64,000 nt of DNA from Reclinomonas americana ATCC 50394 (lineage: Eukaryota), in NCBI GenBank assembly GCA_048213135.1, contig PS015061.1:31172-95171 (forward strand), read 5' to 3'. Shown here piece after piece: positions 36,101 to 47,200 of this stretch. A program made the position numbers and the translations under genes. Under the pieces are notes generated by a model, which had not been told where the DNA came from, searched no databases, and saw only the letters and a list, made by a program, of their open reading frames with translations. Every line of letters starts with the position of its first letter. The stretch's first letter is position 1.

Positions 36101-36567
36101 TGACACGGCGGCGGCGTGTCAGTTGTTGACGGAGGCCCGAGGCATTTTCGCGGCGGAGGCTGGCGAGATGCACTTGGAAACCTTGCATGTGACGTGCTAC
36201 CTGGGTCAGTGTCTGGCCAGCATCAATTCACTGGCGGAGGCGGCGGTGATGTTGGAGGCCAGTGCAGCCGGATTCCGACAAGTTTCGTGTGGTGGGAGGG
36301 GACGGTGATGGTGGTGGCTTGCTGATTGTCGATGATGATGTGTGCGTGCAGACTTGCGGTGATGGAGACGCCGACACGGTGATGGCACGAGATGAGCTTG
36401 CACGAGTGCGCGGACTGCTGGCGGAGCAAGTCGGCGAGGTCGGTGGCGAAGAAGGACAACAGGTGCAACGCGACGATCACGATCAACAACAACAACAACA
36501 ACAAATGCAAGGAGCTCAACAGGGAGCGCAGTTTGAATTCGAAGGCAACGCACCAGATCCAGAGTGA
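30122..36567 (+). CDS. STAND-type P-loop NTPase plus TPR-repeat protein (NLR-like), copy B
   Basis: Same seven-exon structure and motifs as copy A. ATG 30122 lies only 90 bp after the stop of copy A. The large exon spans about 31478-36281; stop TGA 36567. Confidence 0.85.
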
Positions 36568-36777
36568 TGCACTCGTGGTGTCTACAGTACAGAACTGTTT
36601 ATAAAAAACCAAAGTTAGAGCAACCGAGCGTCGCAGAAGTATGCAACCACATCTCAAATCCGACAATTGCCGCGGCTGACTGACAACTTCCGCTCACTTG
36701 AGAGACAACACCACTCCGCCACCACACAACACACACACACACTCACACACACTCACACATATCTTCTTCTCAACTCC

Positions 36778-37824
36778 ATGGGTTCCTGCGCCTGCTGCGG
36801 CGACAACTCCGCCCGCGAACACGACGCTCGCGTGTCGACTGGCCGCACGCCACTGCGCTCCGGCGCCGGCCGCAAGCTCGGNNNNNNNNNNNNNNNNNNN
36901 NNNNNNNNNNNNNNNNNNNNNNNNNNNNNNNNNNNNNNNNNNNNNNNNNNNNNNNNNNNNNNNNNNNNNNNNNNNNNNNNNNNNNNNNNNNNNNNNNNNN
37001 NNNNNNNNNNNNNNNNNNNNNNNNNNNNNNNNNNNNNNNNNNNNNNNNNNNNNNNNNNNNNNNNNNNNNNNNNNNNNNNNNNNNNNNNNNNNNNNNNNNN
37101 NNNNNNNNNNNNNNNNNNNNNNNNNNNNNNNNNNNNNNNNNNNNNNNNNNNNNNNNNNNNNNNNNNNNNNNNNNNNNNNNNNNNNNNNNNNNNNNNNNNN
37201 NNNNNNNNNNNNNNNNNNNNNNNNNNNNNNNNNNNNNNNNNNNNNNNNNNNNNNNNNNNNNNNNNNNNNNNNNNNNNNNNNNNNNNNNNNNNNNNNNNNN
37301 NNNNNNNNNNNNNNNNNNNNNNNNNNNNNNNNNNNNNNNNNNNNNNNNNNNNNNNNNNNNNNNNNNNNNNNNNNNNNNNNNNNNNNNNNNNNNNNNNNNN
37401 NNNNNNNNNNNNNNNNNNNNNNNNNNNNNNNNNNNNNNNNNNNNNNNNNNNNNNNNNNNNNNNNNNNNNNNNNNNNNNNNNNNNNNNNNNNNNNNNNNNN
37501 NNNNNNNNNNNNNNNNNNNNNNNNNNNNNNNNNNNNNNNNNNNNNNNNNNNNNNNNNNNNNNNNNNNNNNNNNNNNNNNNNNNNNNNNNNNNNNNNNNCT
37601 CCTCGCAGTCGACATCGACTGGCGAGGGGACTGTAGTGGACGCGCGAGTGGCGTCTGCAGAGGCCGCTGATCGAAGGCGGCAACAGCAGGTCACAGCAAC
37701 GAGGTGAGAGTGAGAGAGATGTGTGTGAGAGTGAGAGTGTGTGCGTTGCTCATTGTGCGTGCGTGTTGTGTGCGAGTGCAGGAAGGCGGCCAATGGAAAG
37801 TTTGCACGCCGGCCGGTCATATAA
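36778..37824 (+). CDS. Small lipid-anchored protein, SVIP-like; spans an assembly gap
   Basis: MGSCACCG (myristoylation/palmitoylation-type N-terminus), GRKLG and ARVASAEAADRRRQQ (SVIP-like AEAAERR). Last exon RKAANGKFARRPVI*. Confidence 0.5.
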
Positions 37825-37932
37825 TGAGAACTTGGCATAGTGAAGACCATTTCAATGTGCGCTTTTTTCTCCCAGTGTCCGCCGCTTGTTTCTCTCTCTC
37901 TCGCTCTGTGTCCGTGTGTGCGTGTGCCTCGT

Positions 37933-40900
37933 TCAGTGCAACGCGTGCAACCGCATGTCGTAGTTGTCGAACGCCACCAGTGCCAGCTGCAGTGGTCGGT
38001 TTGGCGGACCGGCGAATGCGACGCCCGCCAGGATCGTGTCGGTCTCTGTGTAGGATGTGACGTGCTCCAGCTGCAGGCACACGCACACAGAGTGAGTCAG
38101 CTAAGTGTGGGGATACAGCAGGTCACACGCGCGTGCACGCAACCTCTTCGCCGGCTGCGTCGGGGAGGCGCCACAGAGAAAACACTGCGTCCTCGGCGCA
38201 CGTGGCCGCGTACGGCAGCAGTGGGTGCAGGTGGAGGCCGGTGATCCATCGCGAGTGCGCACTGGCCTCGAAGGCCAGCTTGAGGTCGGCTGAGCCACTG
38301 ACAATCTCCCACAGCCGCAGGGCGCCGTTGCCGTGGGTGGAGATGACGAAGCGGTCGCGAACGGCGACGCCGGTGGTGGTGTCGCTGAAGGGGGGGAACG
38401 GGTGAGGGAAAAGGGGGAAGGGGGATACGGGAGAGATAGAGGAGAGGAGAGGAGGAGACGGGGGAAGGGGGTATGAAGAGAAGAGGAGAGGAGAGGAGAG
38501 GAGAGGAGAGGAGAGGAGAGGAGAGGAGAGGAGAGGAGAGGAGAGGAGAGGAGAGGAGAGGAGAGGAGAGGAGAGGAGAGGAGAGGAGAGGAGAGGAGAG
38601 GAGAGGAGAGGAGAGAACAATGAGGGGACGACGAAAAAATAAATGAGCACGACCACGAAGGGCAAGTGAGAGGATGCAGAGGTGGATGGGGAGGAGAAGA
38701 AACAAAAGAAACACAGCGGGAGAGGATCGAGTAGAGGCTGAACTCATGCACGAAGAGAATGACAGCAACGGTGACATAGAGAATAAAAAACATCAGAGAG
38801 AGAAGAAGAAGAAGAAGAAGAAGAAGAAGAAGAAGAAGAAGAAGAAGAAGAAGAAGACGAAGAGTAAGAAGACGTAGANNNNNNNNNNNNNNNNNNNNNN
38901 NNNNNNNNNNNNNNNNNNNNNNNNNNNNNNNNNNNNNNNNNNNNNNNNNNNNNNNNNNNNNNNNNNNACGAGGACGGGAAGGACGTAGTAGGTAAGGACG
39001 GACGTACGACTACAGACGACGAAGAGAAGAGAGACGACGAGACGAGAAAAGAAAAAAAGAGAGAGAAGAAGAAGAAGAAGAAGAAGAAGAAGAAGAAGAA
39101 GAAGAAGAAGAAGAAGAAGAAGAAGAAGAAGAAGAAGAAGAAGAAGAAGAGCGATGAACGAGAATGCCAGAGAGTATGGAAACGAATGCAATATGAAACA
39201 GGAGAACGAGAATGGAGGGAGAGGATTGAGTTGACGATTCAGAGGCTGCATGAAAGAATGACAGCGATGGTGAAGAAGAGAGGGAAAGGAGAGAGAGAAG
39301 AGACTGTGAATTCAAGACGGAACAGGAGAACGGGAATGAAGGGAGAGGATTGAGTTGACGATTCAGAGGCAGCATGGAAGAATGACAGCGATTGTGAAGA
39401 AGCGAGTGAGCGGCTTGAGCGAGTGTTGTCTCTCTTCTGTCTCATCACCCTTCATCGTTGCTGTTCATATCTTCCATTTCTACTTCTTCGTTTCCAGCTG
39501 GTTTCCCTCCCTCGTCGTCTCCTCCTCCTGCTCCTACTCTCCTCCACATCGTTGCCATCCCTCTCCCTCCTCCCCTTTCTCTTCCTTCTGCTTACGCAAC
39601 CCTGTGCCCGCCGTCCGCGCCACCAGCTCCAACGACCCGTCACCCTCGATAAGTCTCCACAACGCCACCCCTCCACTCTCGTCGCCACTGACCACCTCCG
39701 GCTTCTGCAACTCATACAAATGAGCACAAAATCGCGACGCCTTCTTCTGCACGGGAGAAGCGAAACTCCCAGCGACGGACTCGCGCCGAGACACGTGACC
39801 GGCACATTCGGGTGCGCCTGTCGCGAGATCGTTGGTGGAGCCACGCGCTCCGAGCCCAGCGTGAACGCATACAAGCTGCCGGCCTGGTCGCCGCACACGA
39901 CATACGCCGCCCTCTTCTCAATCATCGCGTACACAATGCTGCGGAAGTGCAATCGATCTGATCATAGAGAGTCAGCAGGAGGAGGAGGGAGGAGGGGAAG
40001 GACAAGGAGGAGGACAAGGAGGCGGAGGAGGAGGAGGAGGAGGAGGAGGAGAAGAAGAAGAAGAAGAGAGAAGAAGAAGAAGAAGAAGAAGAACGAAACG
40101 AAACGAAAGAAAGAAAGTAAAGTAATAAGTAAGAAAGAAACGAAACGAAACGAAACGAAACGAAAACGAAACGAAAACGAAAGAACGAACGAAGGAAGGA
40201 GACGAAGAACGANNNNNNNNNNNNNNNNNNNNNNNNNNNNNNNNNNNNNNNNNNNNNNNNNNNNNNNNNNNNNNNNNNNNNNNNNNNNNNNNNNNNNNNN
40301 NNNNNNNNNNNNNNNNNNNNNNNNNNNCGATCAGAGAGGAGGAGGAGGGAGGAGGAGAGGAGGAGGAGGAGAAGAAGAAGAAGAAGAAGAAGAAGAAGAA
40401 GAAGAAGAAGAACAGCAGCACCAACAACGAGAAGAACAAGATCAGGGAGATGAGGGAGAAGGGGGAGGAGAAGAAGAGCAACAAGATCAACAAGAGAAAG
40501 AAGTAAAAGATCAAGTAGAGGCCCTTTCCCCTTCACCACCGCCCTCTTACCTCCACTCGCATCCACATCACTGTGAAACGAGTACAGAGGCCGCGCGCCC
40601 GACGGCTCAAACATCTCAAATCCGCTCGTGGTCGCCACCGCCAACAGCGGAGTTGCATCGGGGAAGTCACACCACGCCACACCCAACGCAGTCGCGTTCT
40701 CCAACAACGGAATCGTGCGCTTCACCTCACTCGCCACTAGTGCACGACATGTCACACAGTCAGCTTCAATTGCGCCCACGCACGCACTTCAATATATCGA
40801 AACATCGCGCGCCGTACCGCCGGGGAAGCTCATTGTACACACGGCGCTCTTGTGCGCAAATGCGAACAGCTGGCTGGTTGATGAGAACCGCAAATTGCCG

Positions 40901-40971
40901 CCGCCGAGCAGCAGTGATGGAGTGGAGGGAAGACGCGCAGTGGTGCGCGCGTCAACGCCACTGATGCTCAT
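37933..40971 (-). CDS. WDR54: WD repeat protein 54-like
   Basis: ATG 40971. Spliced segments LPSTPSLL..NL, LLAVATTSGFEMFE, VVCGDQAGSL, AHSRWITGLHL....ATCAEDAVFSLWRL and DTILAGVAF...LVAFD resemble WDR54. Confidence 0.68.
38483..38615. repeat. (GAGAG)n pentanucleotide microsatellite in a WDR54 intron
   Basis: Perfect gagag repeats over about 130 bp. Confidence 0.95.
39155..39405. repeat. Tandem duplication of about 125 bp in a WDR54 intron
   Basis: AACAGGAGAACG..GGGAGAGGATTGAGTTGACGATTCAGAGGC.GCATG.AAGAATGACAGCGAT.GTGAAGAAG occurs twice, with a related degenerate copy near 38715-38775. Confidence 0.8.
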
Positions 40972-41285
40972 TGTGCGAGTGGTTGGAAGAAAAGCGTGTG
41001 AGTGGTGGCGCGAAGGACAAGTCGATGTCGGTTCGTCGGAGCGGACGGTGGAGCGCACTTTTATTACATCACATCGCAGGTGCGCGCGTTGTCGTCGACT
41101 CTGTGTGTGTGTGTGTGTATTGCGTGCGATTGTGTGTGCGTGCGTGTCTCGCGCTCTTTGTGCACGCGTGCGTGAGTGTCAATTTTCTCTCTCTGTGTTT
41201 GCTTGCTTGCGCGCTCACTCTGTCTCTGCACGCGCGTGTGTTTGCTCATTGTGTGTGCGTATGTGTGTCCGTGCGTTTGCAGCAA

Positions 41286-41724
41286 ATGAAGGAGGTGATT
41301 GTGGGCACTATTGGGATCATGGCCGCGGCTGGCGTTGTGCACTTTGGCACTCGCGCCTTGGGCAGTTGCGTCTCTCTGTTGCACTCACTCACTCACTCTC
41401 TGTGTGTCACACCAATGTGCGCGCGCACTCTCTGTGTGTGCCTTCGTGTGTCTGAGGCAAACCGCACATGACCATGTGACGCTGACACACACACACACAC
41501 ACACAGAGAAGAACGTGCCGGCGACATTGGGCAACCGACAGTGGCAGCGCGAGCAGCACCTGCAGGCGGTGCGTCTCCGTCTCTCTTTCCTTCTTTCCTT
41601 CGTGTTGTGTGAGAGTTGCATCCTGACACTGCTTTTCGCATCTTCGCGTGAGCAGATTCGCGACCGTGCCAACCCAATGATGCACCTCAGCGAGTACAAG
41701 AAGATCGGCGCCATTGGCAAGTAA
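41286..41724 (+). CDS. Small single-TM protein resembling cytochrome c oxidase subunit 4 (yeast Cox5)
   Basis: Three exons give MKEVIVGTIGIMAAAGVVHFGTRALG-KKNVPATLGNRQWQREQHLQA-IRDRANPMMHLSEYKKIGAIGK*. A TM helix followed by PxT...WQ......NP is the COX4-family C-terminal pattern. Confidence 0.55.
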
Positions 41725-42459
41725 CTCTGCACTGACCACCACGCTGTCCCCCTCCGCGTACCACGCAGCTTGTGTTGCTCTATTTGAGTGAAGGGAGTGT
41801 GGCGAGGAGAGAGACTTCTTCATTTGGAGTGGAAGGGGTATTGTTGGGCAGCAGATAGGGTGACGGTGCCGTTGGCGTTGGAGAACCGACGTGAAGTGGT
41901 TTCGTTTCCGCGAACGCTGGGAGAAATTGCGCGCCGACAGAGCAATCATATCTTGGATAGTGCTTGGTTTCGTGCGGTGACTCAGGTGCATGTGTAGGCT
42001 TGTCGGTAAGGATTAGGCGGACTGCACAAATCGATAACTTCCCGACACTCGTGTACCCCCACACTTGTACACGAGCATCGGGAAGCTTCAACCTGTACAG
42101 TGACTAATCGCCCTCCTTTCGACGAAGAAAAGGACATCAGAGCTGACTGGCCGTCGTGGCGAGCGACAAACAAGAGGATACGGGAGATTCAGGATACGCG
42201 AGCGCACCCCGCCACCCCGAGTCATGCAAGTTGTGGGTTCGTCGCTCAGCCCGGCCAGTCAGATGTGCCTCTCATCACGACCCACAAATGACCATCATCG
42301 GCACCGCACCCAACCGCACAATTCCGCGAGAAGTGCTTGTCTGTGTCAAAATCTCGCGGCGCGCACAAACACGCACTCGAGCGTGCGTGATGTGCCGCAG
42401 CCGTAGCGTGCCGCTGAAGACGACGTTGATGTGGTTGACTCGAACACCTCGGCTACCGA

Positions 42460-44009
42460 TCACGGCTTCGCTGCCGAAAGGTGAAAGTGATGGTGACTAG
42501 CGGGGAGCACGACGCTTCCCCGCCTTGTCGGTCGTCTGTCACAAAAACGCCAAGTGTGAACAACACTTCGGCATCGCAGTATGCAAGGGCGAACATACCA
42601 GGATGACGGCCAAATTGTCACGCAGTTGCTCCACGGACGACGCGCGTGCGATTACAATGCAAAGCAGCATAAGCGCGCGCGCCGACCGATCTTGATCATG
42701 AACCATGCTGGCCAGCTGTTGATCCGAAATCGTCCAGTTGAAAACAATCCGCAGGAAGTTGATGCAGACTTGGTCACCGACTTCCTCGAACGCGTCCTCC
42801 AAGTTTTTGCGGTGGCGGGAACGGAACTCTTCCAGCTCGTCGCGGTACGCTGCCGGGAAGCAGTTCACGACTGCTTCCCAAATGAGCTGCGGATTTCCGT
42901 GGCACGCCGCCAAGGCGGCGATGAGGTTGCGAATGGTATTGCGGGCCATGAACAAGCAAGTCGCCTTGGCTCCCTCGTGCGGAAGTCGACGCGGCAAAGA
43001 AGGCCGGGATGGACGGTTTGTGCGAATCACTTTGCCACCGCGATCAGCACCAACGCATTCTTCCGAGGCAAGCGTGTCGTGGGTGAAGTCGAGCAGGTAC
43101 TCCACAAGGGCACGCAGTTCCGGGCAAGCACGTGCTTGCTCGATCAGGGCCTCCACGGCATTGAGATACTCGGGATCCGCCAGGTCGGCGGGAGTCAGCA
43201 GGTCGTCAAGGACGTGATCGAAGTGCGAATGCACCGGAGGCGGCACAACAAACAGCGGCGGCGCCGGGAGCATCACGGGAGGCAGCGGTGGCGGTGGCGG
43301 TGGATAGTAGCAAGCAGCAGCACTGGCGGCCGCCTGCTGGGTGGCAGCCGGATCGGCAGTCGGCATAGTGCACGTCCACGACGAAGACGACGACGGGCTC
43401 ACGAAGAGCGACATGCGTAGCTCCGGCGACATGCACTCGAGCTCAGCAGATGCGCTGACAGACGCCTGTGGCGGCGGCGGGGGTGGCATCGGCGACATGT
43501 ACATCGATGCAAACGCCGACGGCTGGCCAAGGAAGCCAGCTGCAGCAACTGGAACGCGACGCGGCGGCGGCTGCGGCGGCAAATCCTGTTCCAGCGGCGG
43601 GAGCGGACTCGGCGGCGACGCGCCAAATCCACCAGCACCATTCGGGCTACCCGACAAGTGGGCACTTCCAGACGATGCCGGCGGGGTGTATGCAGTGTCG
43701 CGTTCGGAAAACCACCGGCCTGACAGGAAGGACGGGAATGCATAAGCTCTCACGGCTCGCGACCGAACACGCACGACAATTCTGACAGCAACGAAACTCG
43801 GCGACGGCAACTGCGGCGGCGACCACGGGCGATTGTCGCCGTACCCACCAGCGAGAGGAACACCGAGATCCTCGCCAGCGAGCAGGGGCATATCTGCGGG
43901 GGTCAATGTTTCTTGTTGTCAGAGACTGACCGCGCGCGTGTTTTTCCACGTGTCGCGAAGAGCAACACTCACCCGTGAAGCCCTCTCCGCCATTTCCCAC
44001 ATCATCCAT
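42460..44009 (-). CDS. Hypothetical protein: Pro-rich N-terminus and helical C-terminal domain
   Basis: ATG 44009 (MDDVGNGGEGFT), intron, then a long ORF. Donor CTG|GTATGT at about 42598. The 3' end (TGA 42460) is tentative. Confidence 0.6.
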
Positions 44010-44280
44010 ATTGAAACCTGCGTGCGTCAAAGGGGGGAGTTGAACAACAGGCGCGCGAGAATTTCTCTTTCCTCTATATAGATCTCCTTTCACACGCACA
44101 CAGAGAGCAGAAACGCAACTGTCGTCGTCCATCGAGAACCCAACTCGTGCAGAAGAAGACCCAGGAGAGAACGCTTTCGCGCGAGTTTCGCACAAAAACC
44201 TATCAAATATCTGCTATCCGTCCGCCCACCGGCTTGTCGAATCGTGAAAATTCCCCCCACTCCCTTTCTCTCATGCAACA

Positions 44281-47200
44281 ATGAGCGTCCGTCGCGCTCG
44301 CCGTGTGGCCTTTGCCACCGAGCCAGTCGTCGCCACCTCTTCCTCCTCCTCCTCCTCACCAATCGCCTTGCCTCAAAAGACGAGCATCAGCACACAGACG
44401 AGTCCCATTCTGCGGAACCCTCTCACACCTCCACCTCCACCTCCCACCTTACAACAACAACAACAGCACCAAACGACAATGAGATTGGGATTTGACGAGG
44501 ATGATGATGATGATGATGCAACAGATGATGATGCACCGGATGACAGCAACGATGATGATGATGATGATGCAGTGGGAGAAGGCGACAAGCACGAGCAGCA
44601 ACAGCAGCAACAGCAGCAGCATGGTTACTTGCATCGATTGACGGCGGTCAGAGAACGCGCGGCAAAGATCGAGGCCACCATTCCGCACACGGATTTTCAA
44701 GTGCGTCACCTGGGAGAGGATGACTACTGGCCCAATCATCCACGACTTGCTGACTGTTGTCTCTCTCGCGCGTGCAGCTGTTGTCACGCACGGTGGATCG
44801 ATGTGTGCAGGCGTTGACGCAGTTTCTGCAGGTGCAGCTGCCGGTGAATTGGACGCCGGCGTCGCTGGGATCGGCTGCGGCCGTGAAGGAGTTGGTGGAT
44901 CCGCTCGGCTTGCCGGGCTTTGTGAATCGCGTGGAGCGGTATGTGGCGTTCTTTGAGGATGAGCCGCGGTGTCGGCGGCTGGGCATGAGTCGCATGGTGT
45001 GCATGTTTGCCACGCGCGTTGACTTGGTGCGTGTGGCTGTATGAGGCAACGAAGATTGTCGTGAGAGAAAGAGGGGATGAAGTAGGAGAGATGAAGCACG
45101 ATTGTCGCGAGAGAAAGAGGGGACACGAGCGAGAGCAGCTGCTGGACCACGATTGTCGTGAGAGAAAGAGGGGATGAAGCAGGCGAGAGCAGATGAGAGC
45201 AAGAGGGGATGAAGTAGGAGAGATAAAGCACGATTGTCGTGCGAGAGAGAGGGGACACAGGCGAGATCAGACGGTAGAGCGCGATTGTCGCGAGAGAAAT
45301 CACACGAGAGCAGCTGCTGGTCGTATCAATCAGTGACAGAAAGAAGGGACGAATCTGTGAGAGCAGATGGTAGAGCGCAATTGTCGTGAGAGAAAGAGGG
45401 GATGAAGCACACGAGAGCAGCTGCTGGTCGTCACCAATCAGTGACAGAAAGAGGGGACGAATCAGTGAGAGCAGATGGTAGAGCACAATTGTCGTGAGTG
45501 AAAGAGGGGACGAAGCAGGCGAGATGGACATCATCTGCTATTGACTGAGAGGGTAGGAGACAAGGTTGCGAGACACGGAACATTGTCTCACAGAGTTCGT
45601 CTTGTATTCCGAGAGATTGAGAGAGCGAGATAGAGAGCGGGTTGCGGACGAGAGTCGCACACAGAGTTGTCGGTACTTGTCGTGTGCTGATTAATCGCAC
45701 ACAGAGTGGAGCCTGCAGTCGTCTGTTGGACTACACACTACCGCTGCTATTGGGTTCGGCGACGGCTGAGCAGCTGCGATCACGTATCTGTGGAGCGTCG
45801 TCGCCGCATGCGCATGTGTGGAGTTGGTGGACAGCGGGGTTGGAGTTGCAGCAGGCGGAGAGCAGTCCACCGGTGGTGATTCCGCTGCAGCGACGATGGA
45901 GTGACTTTTCCGATGGTGCCATGCAGCGCATCATGCACTCGTTGACACCGGTGGAGCGCAGCAGCATGAGCAAGTTTGGCCTGGCGCCGGAGCACGTGAC
46001 CGAGGGACACATGCTCGTGTTGAAAATGTTACGATGACAGCAGGAGACGGCTCTGTCTGTCGTGCCATTCATCTCAACCGGTCTCTGTGCACAGCATCCT
46101 CGACTTGCACAACACGGGTCACGTGGATCTGCCGACGCTCTCCAGTTTCATTGGCGACGGCGAGTTTCTGTCGCAGCTGGCCAACGTCACACAGGTGTTG
46201 ATGCGGCAAGACGACCAGGTCAGCGCGGCCGAGTTGCGCGAACAATTACAGGCGCACTGGGAGTCGCAGATCGAGGAATTGCTTGGTTTCGTACACGCGA
46301 AAGAGAGAGAAAGAGTATGTGTGCATGTGTGAGGAAGAGAGATATCAACCGAGCTGTCTCCCTTTCTCCAAATGCACTCGTCTATGCGCGCATTAGTTAC
46401 TGAGCCCTCCTCTCCGTCGCCTCCTCCTCTCCCTTTTTCACTCTCCATTCCCTTTTTCCGCTCTCCCAGTTGCGGAACAACGAGTCTACAACGAAGTCGT
46501 GGAGGCTCAGTTGCGCCAGCCACCGCTGTCGGCGGAGGCCAGCGACGAACTGGAGCTGCAGTGGATGATACGGGAGCGAGCACGGCGTGAGAAAATCCTG
46601 CGCTTTTACGAGGCTCAAGAGTTCTTGGTGTGTCCGTCCGTGTGCTGATTCTTGAAGTGTCAACGCGCACTCATTCCCTCACCTTCATCTGCCTCGCAGC
46701 GCATCCGCATCGACGACTTGTCTGTACAATTCGGATCCATGAATATCAAGGAGTCGTGCGGCATTGACGATGTGAGTCACCGCGACACCACCAGTTCATG
46801 ACAGACCACGCGTTCACCGCGTTTCTCTCTGCACAGGACGAGGTGTATCACGGTGGCTACTTTTGCGCCCTGCTGCTTCCACATGCGCGCTATCCATCAT
46901 TACAGGTGGACGCCATGCCCGTACGGCAATGGGTGCGCACTGTGGGGGAGGCCGATCGGTGTGTGACTCCAAGCAAGTGTCTCTTTGACTACTCCTCGCG
47001 TCTCACTTTCAACTTCGTGCAGCGAGGAATTGTTTATCTTTGCGCCTGGCCATCTGCACGTGTTCTCCAGCTGCATTGTGTTTCGTGGCATGATTCCTGT
47101 GGTGGACGAGGTGCGTCATCATCCTGCCCTTGAAATCCTGCGGACAAAGTGGTGACACTCCCTTCCTCGCTCCTCCCCCTTCTTTTTCTTCTTATTTTTC

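Noticed and set aside
24978-36106. Numerous antisense and alternative-frame ORFs over the TPR genes (and over the USP gene)
   Set aside because: These are shadow ORFs expected in GC-rich coding DNA and show no independent motifs.
41750-42450. Possible extra small gene on the minus strand
   Set aside because: Only short ORFs are present, with no recognisable motif and no convincing start or splice model.
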